Position numbers and translations under genes: made by a program. Under the pieces are notes generated by a model. It had not been told where the DNA came from, did no database searches, and saw only the letters and a list, made by a program, of their open reading frames with translations. Below are positions 49,804 through 50,926 of a stretch of DNA of 50,926 bases, one piece after another. Origin of the DNA: a bacterium (GTDB taxonomy: Bacteria; Hinthialibacterota; Hinthialibacteria; Hinthialibacterales; Hinthialibacteraceae); NCBI GenBank assembly GCA_041946805.1, contig JBHGBC010000027.1:1-50926 (forward strand), given 5' to 3'. The stretch's first letter is position 1, and every line of letters starts with the position of its first letter.

Positions 49804-49872
49804 TTTTAAACTAGCCCAGCCTTTCAAGGCTGGGTGGTTCCCCCAGGGTTAAAACCCTGGGCTAGTTTAAAA
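49804..49872. repeat. 69-bp element with perfect 16-bp terminal inverted repeats and two internal hairpins
   Basis: TTTTAAACTAGCCCAG ... CTGGGCTAGTTTAAAA. Confidence 0.8.
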
Positions 49873-49931
49873 CCGCTCCTCCATTCTGATCCGTACCAAA
49901 ATTCAACTCGCTCGGTGACCTCCCTGGCTTT

Positions 49932-50021
49932 CCCTCACCCTGGCCCTCTCCCTCTCCCGGGGGGAGAGAGAGAATGCCACCTCGTTTCGATCGCAAGGGC
50001 ACGTTGCAACGTGCCCCTTAC
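49932..50021 (+). repeat. BoxC copy with internal CCTCTC duplication, followed by a GGGCACGTTGCAACGTGCCC palindrome
   Basis: 49932-49970 and 49996-50021. Confidence 0.85.
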
Positions 50022-50182
50022 GATGAACCTGTGCTTACGATATTCCATCCGTGGGCTACACGGCGTTTTGAATCCACCCTACATTTCATATAGGTCTTCC
50101 CGCATGAAAACGGGGCCGGGTGTCCCCAGCCCCTTAGTTATACTTCCCGCGTTTCGCGATCCCAAGCCCCCGGGGCAAAGCC

Positions 50183-50761
50183 TCAGCCCTCGTCCGGCGT
50201 CAGTTTGAGGGGCAAAAGGATGGCCAGGATCACGTAGGCGATCAGTCCCACGAACACGAAGGGCGGCAGGGCGGTAAGAATGAATGCCACCCGGACCAGG
50301 CTGCTGTCGATACGAAAATATTCCGCGAGCCCACCGCACACCCCCGCCAACATCTTGTCGTATTCCACCCGCGACAACTGCCGGGAAGGTTTGGCCTTCG
50401 CTTGCGCCGCTTCCGGGCCGTTCCCCGCCGGTTTCCCCGCCGCGTCCGGTGAAATTCCCGCGCCCGCCGGTTCCGCCGACGGGCCGGAGGGCTGGAATTC
50501 AGGCTTCTTCCCCGGCCCGGCGAGGTGGGCTTTCAACGTATCGAGGATCGCGTCCGCCAGAAAATCCGCGGCCCCCTGGTTGATCTCCCGGATCAGGTCC
50601 GGCGGCATCTCCGGGCGGCGCGCCAAAGCCTCCACGGTTTGCTTGAGGGAGGAATACTCCATCCAGATCTTCTCCAGATCCCGCGTCAGGACTTCCGTCT
50701 TGGGATCCAGCGGGGGCGGGGTCCCGGCCTCGACCGCCGCATTGCCGGCATTCGTGATCAT
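50183..50761 (-). CDS. PspC-domain protein with N-terminal helical/coiled-coil region and Pro/Ala/Gly linker
   Basis: C-terminal LSRVEYDKMLAGVCGGLAEYFRIDSSLVRV..TM..AYVILAILLP; start uncertain (ORF open to 50848). Confidence 0.85.
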   Translation of the reverse strand: MITNAGNAAVEAGTPPPLDPKTEVLTRDLEKIWMEYSSLKQTVEALARRPEMPPDLIREINQGAADFLADAILDTLKAHLAGPGKKPEFQPSGPSAEPAGAGISPDAAGKPAGNGPEAAQAKAKPSRQLSRVEYDKMLAGVCGGLAEYFRIDSSLVRVAFILTALPPFVFVGLIAYVILAILLPLKLTPDEG

Positions 50762-50926
50762 GAGCCAAACCTCCGTAACAATTGACTGAGTTGAAGGGAT
50801 AGGGATGGGATATGTCCCAATCCATTCTGCGCGTCTGGTTAAAACCAAGAACCGATCCCTTCTACCCCTGGGCTACTCTCCGCACACATTCTTTCTACGG
50901 GCCTAAAGAAGTGGCGATCTGCCAGC

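Overview
GC-rich bacterial chromosomal window, probably from a poorly characterised diderm lineage (LPS heptosyltransferase, MlaA; the 16S has a PVC-like 5' signature but a standard EUB338 site). It opens with the 5' part of a minus-strand 16S rRNA gene, preceded by boxA and four tandem sigma70-type promoters. Core genes follow: HU, ftsX-like/envC/ctpA/tsaD, an RNase HII-YraN fusion, ilvBNC with a readable leader-peptide attenuator, a TctABC transporter, an rnc/radical SAM/yqgF operon, PPIase, galT-like, hemD, nth and a PspC-domain gene. There are five GT-C-like polytopic membrane proteins (one a ~1920-aa GT39+DUF2298+NHL fusion) and a polyprenol-phosphate sugar synthase, an MlaA + alpha/beta-hydrolase pair resembling MlaYZ, and small toxin-antitoxin remnants (intact MNT-HEPN, orphan MNT, STAS-like gene + PIN fragment). 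Intergenic regions carry several short palindromic repeat families, including a strand-biased BoxC/triplex-type repeat. No CRISPR array, tRNA, phage or transposase gene was recognised. All protein calls come from reading motifs by eye, not from database searches.
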